Origin: a virus
IMG/VR virus record: IMGVR_UViG_3300025617_000001
Location: 2,249-66,248 of that record
Strand: one strand, 5' to 3'
DNA: 64,000 bases
Of the stretch, positions 36,401 to 45,497 are shown piece after piece. Made by a program: the position numbers and the translations under genes. The notes beneath the pieces were generated by a model. It was not told the DNA's origin, searched no databases, and saw only the letters and a program-made list of their open reading frames with translations. Every line of letters starts with the position of its first letter. Position 1 is the stretch's first letter.

Positions 36401-36789
36401 AATTCTTGAATTTCTTCGTAACTAGCAGAAGAGCCTTTAGCCATTATATTTAGATCTTCATCTATTGATGTAGATTGTCTATAACCAGACTTAAAAGCTC
36501 TGTAAAAATCACCAAAGTAATCTGTTACAAAGTTTTTACCAAATGTTCTTTCAACTAGAGTATCTTGTTCTTGTGAATCCGAAGAACCAGTCTCCAAGTT
36601 GAAGTCCATATCGGGTGCTGCAGTTTCTTCCACAGGCGCACCCGTTACCTGTGGTTGTTGCTTTTCCACGTTTTCTACTTGCTTCATTTCTGGATTTTTA
36701 GCAAGTAGTTCATCTACAGTAATACCATTACTTGAAGCTAATTGTTCAAGCTCTTCTGGACTGAATTGTTGACCGTTTAATTCGTACAT
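30451..36789 (-). CDS. Giant internal/ejected virion protein with zincin (HELLH) and sigma-region-2-like segments
   Basis: 2112 aa; last of three genes after the tail genes; Gly/Ala hydrophobic segments; HELLH...EE; helical C-terminus typical of podovirus ejected proteins. Confidence 0.75.
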   Translation of the reverse strand: MYELNGQQFSPEELEQLASSNGITVDELLAKNPEMKQVENVEKQQPQVTGAPVEETAAPDMDFNLETGSSDSQEQDTLVERTFGKNFVTDYFGDFYRAFKSGYRQSTSIDEDLNIMAKGSSASYEEIQEFIDANRYSQEAAMSDEMMEFQKIYDEEGGGVFGFLKGMVKTRFQVVPQVMASSMATMAGSFLNADEVAQAGLAGLVTGATAGGAATAAAGGVGAVPGGIAGLVGGVSGAMESGLTFAELLQEELQKEGKDFDKETVKALLEDEEKFRSIKNRSIGRGATIGVIEGLGTAVTGGAIKAVTAGAKTVKAGAKLTNIAETATAFAVEGAVGGVGEAAGRAVAGQEMDAAEIGLEAVGGMTGAPLAFVKAATTKPRYILNGEEITKQQMEEFIDSDNGENIATARIKIKDDKVLYEKGQDKITKARSKKAIENFIQDETDANEFVELENEKSKLDNKTFIGKKRIAEIDERLGELYSKYKVTEEEVSAEKQLTEAKTAVLSEVDIAKNYANVETIETSEEFYSQYPDAKQEQGEVGGFRKDDGTLVINLEGAAKTKQYNVGSHELLHNILRSTFIDPTKSEQIVNEFKSIVEGLDGFENIQKRLEAYDGNPAQLEEIITLTSDAMAKGQIKATDTVMDKIKRMLEKVFATFGFEKAEFKSGKDVFEFLKSYRKEFDTDGKLSKRAQKLAATGAGIQGTFASIDINTEFAKYKNPRDFVNRTLAVDIKDQPLMDFNLQNTKFGNMIGGTVESITKRLYDPIPADNKLLVSRSDYKDALISEAAAMVQNEYDADKQSLTKFVNNRLNLRANNLASRLGIASVEEGIATDIDEVRQAPEEAITEEFDIDAMDEMEIEMQRGLSLIDPVSILDDVEGATEAIQQEIPNIEVEALVFKKVPNLVAEQLSDTFGVPAAKITDPKKNLSSGEYKSAAKLLSEKSSTIINILPEGAITEAASEALIGTSTGMPKNILKAFYEKDTVRRTEAQGLWEFKRLNNITKEEFNEAIGLDANGDFKPGVSGRSPESQTVKATLNLLGKLITNAEVRKYLIDQGVNPNIIQNIAAGKSDKMFSIATTIDEIVVDAKHEKDFRSALTVILTNPVIQEALEDRDLTVEDIVSKLDKYRTSSTGKGVQKFEAEKIKELEKMQFKFLNGLPAIFKVYSSLTKSLSGYSYRTNAYGIKLETLIDPDNVKSIIDEEGNILIDKKELENIIKKAGEINRNISTNTNISERTQELVNAFIEKHGKKQINNVPLSDMTRKINKAKTETERLKILESYRKNNAVRRGLFGITESYIHDFINAAETKEELTDRIVFALQLAAFDSNINTGLKALAEIVDDSVVDGTKTLSGRRKKYRLEHLDPTLQTNVKRAASILSDQRLEQVQSRAQIIPLRVARQADKTTKTSDFAVKVDKINKLYSIENNETISNDESRMSAILANVDKRYTAGQILDRATAKNLAATRAKRRDILAPSADDYVGLIYRFLDKGKLGEEQYKFFENKLIKPFAKAYQALNAKRQLVTKRYKAINKANPDVVKKLKQDTGFGGFTFEQALRVWLFGKAGFNPSGLNEDTQSALVKIVKNNPDIEAYGKELSSILGIEEFWVEPDAKNWQIDSIKSDMVKAVEKVSRKAMLQEWIDNKNTIFSENNMNKIEATYGPDFRSALEDMHYRMENGTARPEGTNKQMNQFLNWIRGSVAVTMFFNTRSAILQQISLVNFINWSDNNPIKAAAAVANIKQYTQDWAFIFNSDYLKERRGGLKTDVNAADLAEALKKGGVKGMHARLLQLGFSFTQIGDSFAIATGGAPFLRNRINTYLSQGMNQQAAEQQAFLDFQEISEESQQSARPDRLAKQQTDVIGRVFLAFQNTPMQYTRIIVKAAKDLAAGRGDMKTNISKIAYYMVVQNIVFSAMQQAMFGMLFEDDEEENKEDNEKKKLRLINNVVDTVVRGTGLYGGVLATAKNVILKFAEQEAKQEEGRGRADHAYTLIEAMNISPAIGIKGRQMYSSIQNYRYNKDRMAEMGVTIDNPALDIVGSASAFTLNVPLDRALTKVRNLKAASDAETETWAKIALVLGWNTWNVGVESRDKKKVKKSKKTSNLNNMSLDEYKKYMKNK

Positions 36790-36795
36790 GTTGTA

Positions 36796-38112
36796 TTAAA
36801 ATTTAAGACCTGCTTGTTGAGCCTTGTTTCTTGTAGTTAAATCTTGTAAGCCAAATTCTTTTTCAAAGTCTGCTTTTGATATTTCTTGATATTCAGCAGG
36901 TTCTTCTCCTTTTTTAGCTTTTTTTCTGTATAAGATTTGCCCATCAGGAGAAACTGTCATTTCATAATTTTCTTTTTGAAAATCATTAGTTCCTTTAAAT
37001 CTTATTTCAAACACTTCACCAGGAGGTGTTGTAACTATCTGTGTAGCAGCATTAACTCTATCTTGAAGATCCATGCCTGTTCTTTCTTCTGCAGGATCAA
37101 CTACACTAGTAGATCTTTGCATTGGAGCTTTATTACCTTGCTTTTCAGCATAACCAATTATCTGCTGTGATATAGCTTGTTTAATTTCTAGCTCTTGTTC
37201 TTCAGAACCTGTATACTCTTGATCTAAAATATCTTCGGCTACGTCTTTACCGATTTTTTGATAAATAGCATTTACTTGTGCACTTTCAGCAAAAGCGCTA
37301 GCCGCGGCTTCTTCGTCAAGAACTTGATAACCGTTTCTAACACCAGTCTTGTACATGTCACCCATTTGTTGATCAAAAACTTTAGCAGTTTTAGAGAATA
37401 GGTCAACCATTGAGTCGTTGTTAAAATCAATTTTAGTTTTTAAGTCAAAGTAATTGTCTGGATTAGCGATCATTTCAGATACAGGAACACGCTGTGTAGT
37501 GTAAGCTTCTTCTGGAATACCATTAATTTCTTGAACAGTTTTACCGTCAAGTTTAGACATATCTAAACCTTGATATTCTAAAAACCATTGCTTTGTTTCA
37601 GGGTCCCAGATTTCTTTAGCGTTTCCTGATTCTAAAGACTTTTGAAGTAAAAAGTTTTTTAAACTATTATTATCTTTTAACATAGAAGGTTTTACTCCAT
37701 CTAAGTCTATTTTATCTTTTACTTGATGTAATGCAATTATATCTTTTACAGCAGCATCTAAAACTGTTTTTTGTTTTAAATATTCTTCTCTTGTATAAAC
37801 TCCTTTTCTGAAATCAAGATCTAACTGTCCATGCTGCTCTGATATGTCAATAACACTTTGAGTGTTTTGCATTTTAGTTTCCTTATCAAATCTATTATAA
37901 GCATCTACAATAGCTTTGTCAAGTATTTCTTTTTCTTTTTCTTTTTCAGCTTTGTTTTGTTTTATACTCTGGCCAATTGTTTGACCAGCAACGGCTAAAC
38001 CTTGCCCTATAGCAGCTCCAATAGCTTCTTGACCACCTCTATATCTGATAGGTGTTGGGTTAGCGTATTCGCCGTAGTTGTATGTTCCCGGTGTTACTTT
38101 TGGTAGTGCCAT
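36796..38112 (-). CDS. Internal virion (ejected) protein
   Basis: 438 aa; position; amphipathic IGAAIGQGL N-terminus. Confidence 0.6.
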   Translation of the reverse strand: MALPKVTPGTYNYGEYANPTPIRYRGGQEAIGAAIGQGLAVAGQTIGQSIKQNKAEKEKEKEILDKAIVDAYNRFDKETKMQNTQSVIDISEQHGQLDLDFRKGVYTREEYLKQKTVLDAAVKDIIALHQVKDKIDLDGVKPSMLKDNNSLKNFLLQKSLESGNAKEIWDPETKQWFLEYQGLDMSKLDGKTVQEINGIPEEAYTTQRVPVSEMIANPDNYFDLKTKIDFNNDSMVDLFSKTAKVFDQQMGDMYKTGVRNGYQVLDEEAAASAFAESAQVNAIYQKIGKDVAEDILDQEYTGSEEQELEIKQAISQQIIGYAEKQGNKAPMQRSTSVVDPAEERTGMDLQDRVNAATQIVTTPPGEVFEIRFKGTNDFQKENYEMTVSPDGQILYRKKAKKGEEPAEYQEISKADFEKEFGLQDLTTRNKAQQAGLKF

Positions 38113-38115
38113 AAT

Positions 38116-38730
38116 TTATCCTGCAAATAATTTTCCAAATCCACCAGCTCCTCCAGCAGCAGAACCAACAGCACTTAAAGCTCCACCAACAATGCTACCA
38201 ATCATAGCTTTGTTAGCCGCTTTAATATCTTGTGCCCACTGCCCTGTTTGTTGTATCATGGCTGATTGTCTGGAAATATCAGCAACGTCTCTTTGTTCTT
38301 GTCCTTGGAAAGTAAATGTTTTACCAAGTATATCAGCTTCTTGCATACGTTGAGCTTCTTGCATACGCATCTGCATTGCTTGTTGCTCTCCTTGAGCTGC
38401 TAGTTGGGCATTTTTCGCCTCTTGTTGTTCAATGCTAGCAGAAACTCCTTGTTTAGCTCTAGACGCGGCTTGCGCTAAAGCTGTAGCACTGCCACCACCT
38501 GTAGCTCTTAAAGCGTCAAGCGTGCTAGCTAAACTAATATCTGTTTCTCTTGCTTGCATTTCAGCTGCTTTTGTTGCAACTTGCAAATTAGCAAAAGGAT
38601 TAGATATCATAGCAGAAAGATCCTTTACTCCAGCGTAAGGATCTATAATAGCTTGTCTGCTGCCTAACATGGTATCGAGCTTTTGTTGCTCTCTATCCAT
38701 TTGACGCATCATTTTTTTATACTTACTCAT
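38116..38730 (-). CDS. Internal virion (pilot/ejection) protein
   Basis: 204 aa; Ala/Gln helical, Gly-rich hydrophobic end. Confidence 0.6.
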   Translation of the reverse strand: MSKYKKMMRQMDREQQKLDTMLGSRQAIIDPYAGVKDLSAMISNPFANLQVATKAAEMQARETDISLASTLDALRATGGGSATALAQAASRAKQGVSASIEQQEAKNAQLAAQGEQQAMQMRMQEAQRMQEADILGKTFTFQGQEQRDVADISRQSAMIQQTGQWAQDIKAANKAMIGSIVGGALSAVGSAAGGAGGFGKLFAG

Positions 38731-38731
38731 A

Positions 38732-41700
38732 TTAGTAACTATTTATATTATAGTTAGTTGAAACTGAAAACAACTCAGCGTTAGCATCTGAGCTCGTTAA
38801 CTTTAATTTTATAAAGTGACCTTTTACACCAGATATACTTCCTCCGAAAGATATTTCGTTATCAGTTTCTGTCGTGTTATTTATGATATTAGCGAAGTAT
38901 TTACCGTCAAAGTTTCTAAAAATGTTTAGATACATGTCAGTATTAGTATCTTGCTTAGTATTATCATAAGCTATGATGTTGTTTGCTGTGTCGGTATCTG
39001 TCGCTATACTATTTATATTCCACGTTTCTGTTCCTTCATAATTAAATGACAAGAAATTTTTGCTTGCAGAAGGGTTTTGGTTCATTACTAGATCTATGCT
39101 AGCATCAAAAGACTCGCCGTAAAATTGAGTTCCGTTGTAGTGCTCATACAACAAGCCATTTTTAAAAGTATAAAACTTACCATCTAAGCTTCCACCAGAC
39201 TCAGGCGCGTAATCGTAAAAACTTACAAAACCTTTAGCGCTCTCGTCATAACTTAATGTGTCAGTGTTATAAGAAAAAACGTATTGACGCTTAGCCATGT
39301 CCCAGGCACCTAGTATAGTTGTAGCAGTTTGTAAGTTTTGCACTAAATACGTTCTCATGCCGTAATTAGATATTTCTGTAAAACCATCACGAGAAAGCCT
39401 TAAAACAGCTCCTTTTGGCTGATCTACAAAGTATTTTCTACCAGCATAGTAAGCGAAGCTTTCAGGGTTTGTACCAATACCATAGTTACCTAAGTAAGCC
39501 ATAGGATCACCAAATACTTTATTTGATGTTATAACCTGAGGTATGCCTTCTGCTGTATATATAATATCTCTATCAATAGGTATGCTACTTACTTTTTCTT
39601 CTTGAAAAACTACAAGGTCTCTCTCTTCTGCAAAAAGCTTTTGTATACTACCATACTGTATATCAAGAGACTTAGTTATGTTTTCACCTAATGGAAACTG
39701 ATTAGTTTCGTTAAAACCAGTTCTTGGGTTGTATATACCAGAGTATATTAACGTATTTTCTCTAACAGTTGTTCCGTAATCATTGTTTGTAACGTGAGCA
39801 ACAACACCGAAGTCTACAGAGTCAGCGTTGAAGTCACCTCTAATTCTAGACTCTTCAACATGCCATATATCCTCTGAACTTGGAGGCGTGTCTCCTTTTA
39901 CAATAAATGTATTATAGTAATCAATTTCTATTTCAGTTACTAAATCAAGATCAGAAACTAAACCGCTTGTAGGTGTCTCATAATATATATCTAGCGCAGA
40001 CTCAAAAGGCTTTGTTTCAAGTACTGCTAAGTCGTGTACTTTACCAGTTATAATTAAATTATCACCAGTTAAATTAAAACCAATATCATCAGCTACAGAA
40101 GCTACAAGATAATTGTTATTTGCCTTGTAAAAACCTCTATTGTTTTCTGAGTCAGATGTAGATATAAACGTATCAGTAATGTCACTGTAGCTATTAAGCG
40201 TACCAATACCTTGTACTTTTACTAAGCCGCCACCAGATATAGTCTGATAAACATCTCCGCCATCTGTTCCAGGGTAAAGAGGCGTGGTGCCGTCTCCTGT
40301 GTAAGTGTATATATTAAACTCTTCAGAAGCACCAGCTGTGGCGCTACCGCCTGCAAAAGTGCCTTCTGGATATGTCAAAGATTTTATTGTATGGCCAGCT
40401 GTTCCAGCGCTACCATTGAATCTTAGCTTTTTAAATATAGTTATTTTTCTGCCTGTAGGTTGAGCGTAAATGCCAGTAAACGTTATACTTGTAACGTTAG
40501 AGCCACCGGTTTTAGTATAGTGAGTATTAACAGCACATAATAAGCCGTCAACGTAAACCTTAACGTCTTCAACAGTAGGTGTTAGTCCACCAACAGCGTC
40601 ACCTGCAGGCACGTTTATCGTCTGGCTTCCAGATATTTCATCAACAACATAATCACCATCATCTGCAGCCCAATAAGACCAGTTTACACTATTTCCAGAA
40701 GGTATAACTATAGTGTAGCTAGTTCTATTTAAATCAGTACCGTTTTTATTTTCAACATGTGCTGTGTAGAATCTACCATTTATAACTTTAGGATATATAT
40801 ACGTATTAGAACTAGAGATCTCACTCTCAAAGCTAATAGCCTCTGAGTTTCTAGGCACTTTATTTACGTTGTCACCAAAAGTTGTAAAATACGTTATACC
40901 ATTAAAAAATGATAAGCCAGGTATATATACATTGTAATACTCTTGCTGCGTTTGTTTTACAACAACTCTATAAGAGTGCCAATGATCACCTGTTGGTAGC
41001 TCTGAAAAAGTTAATTTTATAGAGTCGCCGTTCCATGAGCTTGCACTATCAGTTTTAGCAGGAATATTTATAGTAGGATTGTCACCAAGTATAACAGGTG
41101 ATTTTCTACCGTACTTATCAGAAAGAACAATACCTACTTCGTAGTTTCTTCTTTGTTTTATAGAGTGATGAGGATAAGCTGTATTAGCACTTGTAGATTT
41201 AGCACTATATGTTAACGTGTAGTTTAAGCTAGGCAGCTCATAGTTTTCTTCAAAGTTACCATAAACTATTCTATTACCAACAACTTCTTGAGCAGCTGCT
41301 TTTATAGGCGCGTTATCTGACACTCTTAGAAGCTCTTTTTCGTTAAGTGTTGATGTTGGTATCTCTGATTTGTATATGTGCTGCTTAGAAGTGTCTGAAT
41401 TAGATACGCTAAGTTTCTTTATAATTCTTACTGCAGAAGAGTTAGCATCTTTCATTAATATTTCTACAGACTCTATACCGTAATCGTCTACAGGGTTTGT
41501 AGGTAGATCTACATCAATAGTAACTTGTCTAGCGTCGTTTACAAAAGTTTCTAGTAAACCTTGCTCGTAAGCTTTTTGTACTTGAGAAGAAGTTAGTTGA
41601 TTGTTTGCTAGTTTAAAAGCTATAGGTGAAAAAGGCGCTAACTGAGAATAAGTGCCGTCGTTGTATTTGTATCTATAAGAAAACCTGACAAACTTTTCCT

Positions 41701-42268
41701 CGATGTAGTTGTTTTCTATTGATGCATTTGCTAAAGATATAGACGGCGCTAAAAATGGAGAATACTTAACTACAGAAACCTTTGTTTCATCAGTTAAGTC
41801 ATGATAATAAGTATTGTCTGCATTAAACTTTTTCAACTCTATACGCCTTGGAGGATTTTCATTGTCTGTCCAAAAAAGTATATCGTCTAATATGTTTATA
41901 CCAGTTATAAGTCTTTGCTTGTCAAAGTTAAGATAAGATCCTTTAGCTATAGTACTTAGCGTAGTTGTGTCTGTTTTGTACTGATATATTTTATGATTAG
42001 TGTCGTCAGTTACAAAATAATATATAGCGTTATTTTTGTCGTCAAAAAAACTACCAACAGTTTTAGGTGTTCCTGTAAAATAAGGATCAGCGCTAGTTAA
42101 CGCTGTATTTCCTTTTACTTTTCTTACAGTACCTATATCACCTCCACCGTCAATGTCTGTTGTGACTTGAATATTCTGTGCATCTCGATATTCGCCTTCT
42201 GGCACCAATCGGTCATCAAGGCTTTTATTCATCTTTCCGGCAAGGAAAGTGTGCTTAATTTCCGGCAT
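38732..42268 (-). CDS. Tail nozzle/stabilisation protein (P22 gp10/T7 gp12-like)
   Basis: 1178 aa; F..GKMN..LD.RL.P.GEYRDA.N start; YGSIQKL; YGIG.NPESFA. Confidence 0.75.
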   Translation of the reverse strand: MPEIKHTFLAGKMNKSLDDRLVPEGEYRDAQNIQVTTDIDGGGDIGTVRKVKGNTALTSADPYFTGTPKTVGSFFDDKNNAIYYFVTDDTNHKIYQYKTDTTTLSTIAKGSYLNFDKQRLITGINILDDILFWTDNENPPRRIELKKFNADNTYYHDLTDETKVSVVKYSPFLAPSISLANASIENNYIEEKFVRFSYRYKYNDGTYSQLAPFSPIAFKLANNQLTSSQVQKAYEQGLLETFVNDARQVTIDVDLPTNPVDDYGIESVEILMKDANSSAVRIIKKLSVSNSDTSKQHIYKSEIPTSTLNEKELLRVSDNAPIKAAAQEVVGNRIVYGNFEENYELPSLNYTLTYSAKSTSANTAYPHHSIKQRRNYEVGIVLSDKYGRKSPVILGDNPTINIPAKTDSASSWNGDSIKLTFSELPTGDHWHSYRVVVKQTQQEYYNVYIPGLSFFNGITYFTTFGDNVNKVPRNSEAISFESEISSSNTYIYPKVINGRFYTAHVENKNGTDLNRTSYTIVIPSGNSVNWSYWAADDGDYVVDEISGSQTINVPAGDAVGGLTPTVEDVKVYVDGLLCAVNTHYTKTGGSNVTSITFTGIYAQPTGRKITIFKKLRFNGSAGTAGHTIKSLTYPEGTFAGGSATAGASEEFNIYTYTGDGTTPLYPGTDGGDVYQTISGGGLVKVQGIGTLNSYSDITDTFISTSDSENNRGFYKANNNYLVASVADDIGFNLTGDNLIITGKVHDLAVLETKPFESALDIYYETPTSGLVSDLDLVTEIEIDYYNTFIVKGDTPPSSEDIWHVEESRIRGDFNADSVDFGVVAHVTNNDYGTTVRENTLIYSGIYNPRTGFNETNQFPLGENITKSLDIQYGSIQKLFAEERDLVVFQEEKVSSIPIDRDIIYTAEGIPQVITSNKVFGDPMAYLGNYGIGTNPESFAYYAGRKYFVDQPKGAVLRLSRDGFTEISNYGMRTYLVQNLQTATTILGAWDMAKRQYVFSYNTDTLSYDESAKGFVSFYDYAPESGGSLDGKFYTFKNGLLYEHYNGTQFYGESFDASIDLVMNQNPSASKNFLSFNYEGTETWNINSIATDTDTANNIIAYDNTKQDTNTDMYLNIFRNFDGKYFANIINNTTETDNEISFGGSISGVKGHFIKLKLTSSDANAELFSVSTNYNINSY

Positions 42269-42272
42269 TTAA

Positions 42273-43370
42273 CTAGTGTTTAATTTGTTTCGATTTACCA
42301 CGCATAACTTGAGTAAGCTCTGGCAGTTTTAAATCGTATAGTCTTAGCTTAGCGTTACGCATAGCAGCTCTTCTGTCTCTTTTAAAACGAGCTACAATAT
42401 ATTCTGGTACTTGAGCCATAGTAGAAAGTATTGCATGAGCTACAGATTTATAAATAGCTTCTTCTGCAAACTTGTGTACTTTCATCTCGTCATCAGTACC
42501 AAGACCGTCAGATAAGTATTTTATAGTTATAAGCGCGTTAGCTAAGTTGCTAGTGAAGTTAATAGTGCCTTTGTTTTCATCTATAATAAAAAAACCATTT
42601 TGGTTCATTAGCTCAGCGTCTCCACCATATCTAGCGCCTGAATTAACAAGTTTGTCCGCGTTATACTCTACATTGTAATAATAATCTTCATTGCTGTAAG
42701 ATCCAGAAAACTCTCCATAATCTAGCGATTTAAATCTTTCATCTGTTAAAGCAGATGTTGTAGCTAAATTATCACTGTCATCATATTGGTAGTTAAATTC
42801 GTCATCTTGAAGTATAGCCTCTGATGGCTTTGATGATATACGACCTCTTGGAATAACGTGCTCTATACCATATTCATCAACGTATGATATAGAAACATAA
42901 TTTACATAGTCTTGAGGCATTGGTATAGACAAGCTAGGACCAACCTCTATTTCTTGTATTTTTTCTACGCGTGAAATATCGTACGAAAACTCTTGAATAG
43001 TTCTTTTAACATGAAACAACACATCTCTTCTTTTGGCTCTGTTAATAATTTTACCATCACCAACATAAGACACCATAAAGTTAGTAACAATGTCAGCCAT
43101 AGAAATATACCTGTAATCGCCGTATTTTTTATCTTTTAATGTTACTAGTATTTCAGCATCATCAGCGGGAGCTGTAGTGAAAGTAATCGTAGGGTTGCTA
43201 TACACATACGAACTTTCCGACTGCAACACACCATCAATATAAACATAAAATTGCAGCGCTGAAGTAGGCTGCGGTGAAAGATTTATTGTGAAAGCTACTG
43301 TGCTAGCATCACCAATAAAGTTTTGGCTACCAGCATAGTAGTTAAATGCGTTGTCAGTTATAAGTCCCAT
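42273..43370 (-). CDS. Tail adaptor/ring structural protein
   Basis: 365 aa; MPQDYVNYV motif; position between capsid and nozzle genes. Confidence 0.6.
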   Translation of the reverse strand: MGLITDNAFNYYAGSQNFIGDASTVAFTINLSPQPTSALQFYVYIDGVLQSESSYVYSNPTITFTTAPADDAEILVTLKDKKYGDYRYISMADIVTNFMVSYVGDGKIINRAKRRDVLFHVKRTIQEFSYDISRVEKIQEIEVGPSLSIPMPQDYVNYVSISYVDEYGIEHVIPRGRISSKPSEAILQDDEFNYQYDDSDNLATTSALTDERFKSLDYGEFSGSYSNEDYYYNVEYNADKLVNSGARYGGDAELMNQNGFFIIDENKGTINFTSNLANALITIKYLSDGLGTDDEMKVHKFAEEAIYKSVAHAILSTMAQVPEYIVARFKRDRRAAMRNAKLRLYDLKLPELTQVMRGKSKQIKH

Positions 43371-43373
43371 TTA

Positions 43374-44081
43374 TTAAGAGTTTTCTTGGTTGAAGTTTGC
43401 AGCTTCTTCTGTTTGAGCAATTTGTATTACGGTTGGGTCTTTAATTACCACACCAGCTAGCGCTAGTATTTTAACAACTAAATCTGTTTCTTCAGAAGGA
43501 TGTAACTCAAAATTAACAGAGCTACTAGAGTTGTATATGTATTGACCGTTACCACCAACGGTAAATGCCCAACTAGGATCAGCTGGTTTTTTGATATAAT
43601 CAAGCGTTACTGATGTTGTTGTGGTAGGAAAAACTTTAATGTTGCTACCTTCTAAATAATAAGCTGGAAAATCAGAAGTTGGTGCTGTTAATTTAGAAGC
43701 GTTCATATATGTAAGCTCTGATTTTTTAACTTGCTCTACCTCCGTAGCTCTATTATCAGTAGTTAACTGGATTATCTTGTAAATAGTATCACTTAAATTT
43801 GACGTATCGTAAACGCCATTTGTTAAAGAAATACTAGCTTCTTTTGATAACACATCGATTTTTTCTTCAATACGATCAGCAATATCACCATACTCACTAT
43901 TAACACCTTGGATGTTTCTACGAGTTAGGTGACGATTATAATCATAAAAAGACTTGTCCAACAGACCTAGTTGTGCCTGCTTTCCAAGTCTATTAAATTG
44001 ATCAGGGGTTAGATATCCCCTCTGCTCTTTGTTTAGAACAGAGAGGATCACCCTGTAAACACTGTTTACGTTTATAGCCAT
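43374..44081 (-). CDS. Head-tail adaptor/ring protein
   Basis: 235 aa; NKEQRGYLTPDQFN; YIKKP..P.W. Confidence 0.6.
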   Translation of the reverse strand: MAINVNSVYRVILSVLNKEQRGYLTPDQFNRLGKQAQLGLLDKSFYDYNRHLTRRNIQGVNSEYGDIADRIEEKIDVLSKEASISLTNGVYDTSNLSDTIYKIIQLTTDNRATEVEQVKKSELTYMNASKLTAPTSDFPAYYLEGSNIKVFPTTTTSVTLDYIKKPADPSWAFTVGGNGQYIYNSSSSVNFELHPSEETDLVVKILALAGVVIKDPTVIQIAQTEEAANFNQENS

Positions 44082-44092
44082 AGCTAATTATT

Positions 44093-44638
44093 TTATTTGT
44101 TTCTAAGCTTGTTTAATCGCTTAGCTCCAGATGAAAGTTGAGATCTTGAAACGCTAGCGTCTAGTCCTTTAGACTCTCTTTTAGCAATCCTGTCAGCTCT
44201 TCTTTTCTGACGTTTTTCAACTCTTGCAATTTTATTGTCTGTTCGCTGTTGTTTAGCTACTGATCTACCAACTTTTTTAGCTAGTTTTTTACCATCAACA
44301 GATGGAGAATTAAAATTACCAGCCATAGCAGCTAAATTAGCTTGATCACTAGATCTAAAAGGAGTTGGTGATGCAATTTGTTTAGAACCAATACCTTTAA
44401 GTGGTCTAGTATCAACCTTAAGATCTTTAACAGCTGGTCGAGAAGGCTTTGCCGCTGCGGGTTTGTTAGCTTTACTAGTAGACATCATAGAGTCACTCGA
44501 GCTCATATACTCTCTTTTAGGTCCTTGTGTTGCAAGCCCTTTTGTTGGAGCAGCGCTGTATTGAAGCGGCGCTTGAGTAGCTCTTGCTTTTTTTAGTTTT
44601 TCTGCAGCAATTTCTGCTTTGGTTTGTCCTTTACTCAT
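44093..44638 (-). CDS. Basic low-complexity hypothetical protein
   Basis: 181 aa, K/R/A/S-rich. Confidence 0.6.
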   Translation of the reverse strand: MSKGQTKAEIAAEKLKKARATQAPLQYSAAPTKGLATQGPKREYMSSSDSMMSTSKANKPAAAKPSRPAVKDLKVDTRPLKGIGSKQIASPTPFRSSDQANLAAMAGNFNSPSVDGKKLAKKVGRSVAKQQRTDNKIARVEKRQKRRADRIAKRESKGLDASVSRSQLSSGAKRLNKLRNK

Positions 44639-44666
44639 CGTAAATAGTGTTTAGTTGTGTTTGTGT

Positions 44667-45419
44667 TTATTTTAATCGTTTCTCTATTGTTTGATAAACT
44701 TCTACACCTTCATCAGTTTTAAACCATGCAGCTAATGCTGAGTATGGATTTTCATCGAAAGGTACAGTCATTAATATTCTACCGTTTGACGACCACTTAA
44801 ATGTTCTCTGGTCATCTGATAGCTTAATTAATCCTTGCTCTACCGCTTTAACACCAATGTTTCTAATAGCAACGTTCTCGTCGTTTGCTAACTCTAAGAA
44901 TACTTTTGGGTTTCTACGCGCAAATACAAGTAAATCTCTTTTAAGCTCTTTAGACGTCATCTCTGACACCTTAGAACCAATCTCTACACGCATAATAGCT
45001 TCAGCTCTATCAATATCAAGCTCTCTAGCTAGTACAAGTGCATCGACTTCTTGTTCAATATCCGCAAGATCGTCTTCAGCCTCTAATTCAGCATCGTACT
45101 CCTCGTAGATTTTATTTAGATCTGGATGATATAGTGAAAGGATTTTTTGTAGTACTTGTTTTTCTCTTGGTACCATTAAAATACCATTTTCAAATACGAT
45201 GTGAGATAATCTAGCGTCACCGTTAAACTCATCGACAAATGGAGTTTTTTGATTTACAGTAAACTTAATTTCTCTTTCATATCCCTTGTCTTCATCAAAC
45301 CAGTATATGTTTCTTGATTTTAAAGTATAAGTTATTGGTGTTTTACCACTTTTAAGCATATACAGTCTGTCTTTGATAGCCCAACCGTCTTGGGTCTTTG
45401 TAATTTGTTTTTTTGCCAT
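44667..45419 (-). CDS. Conserved hypothetical protein downstream of capsid gene
   Basis: 250 aa; globular N-terminus, helical C-terminus. Confidence 0.7.
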   Translation of the reverse strand: MAKKQITKTQDGWAIKDRLYMLKSGKTPITYTLKSRNIYWFDEDKGYEREIKFTVNQKTPFVDEFNGDARLSHIVFENGILMVPREKQVLQKILSLYHPDLNKIYEEYDAELEAEDDLADIEQEVDALVLARELDIDRAEAIMRVEIGSKVSEMTSKELKRDLLVFARRNPKVFLELANDENVAIRNIGVKAVEQGLIKLSDDQRTFKWSSNGRILMTVPFDENPYSALAAWFKTDEGVEVYQTIEKRLK

Positions 45420-45447
45420 AATAAAATAATATATAAGAGTAGAAAAA

Positions 45448-45489
45448 GTAAGAATTTACCCCCGTCGATAAGACGAGGGCAAAACTTAC
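45448..45489 (-). terminator. Terminator hairpin after the major capsid gene
   Basis: Minus strand GTAAGTTTTGCCCTCGTC-ttatc-GACGGGGGTAAATTCTTAC followed by TTTTT. Confidence 0.7.
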
Positions 45490-45497
45490 ATTAGTTA

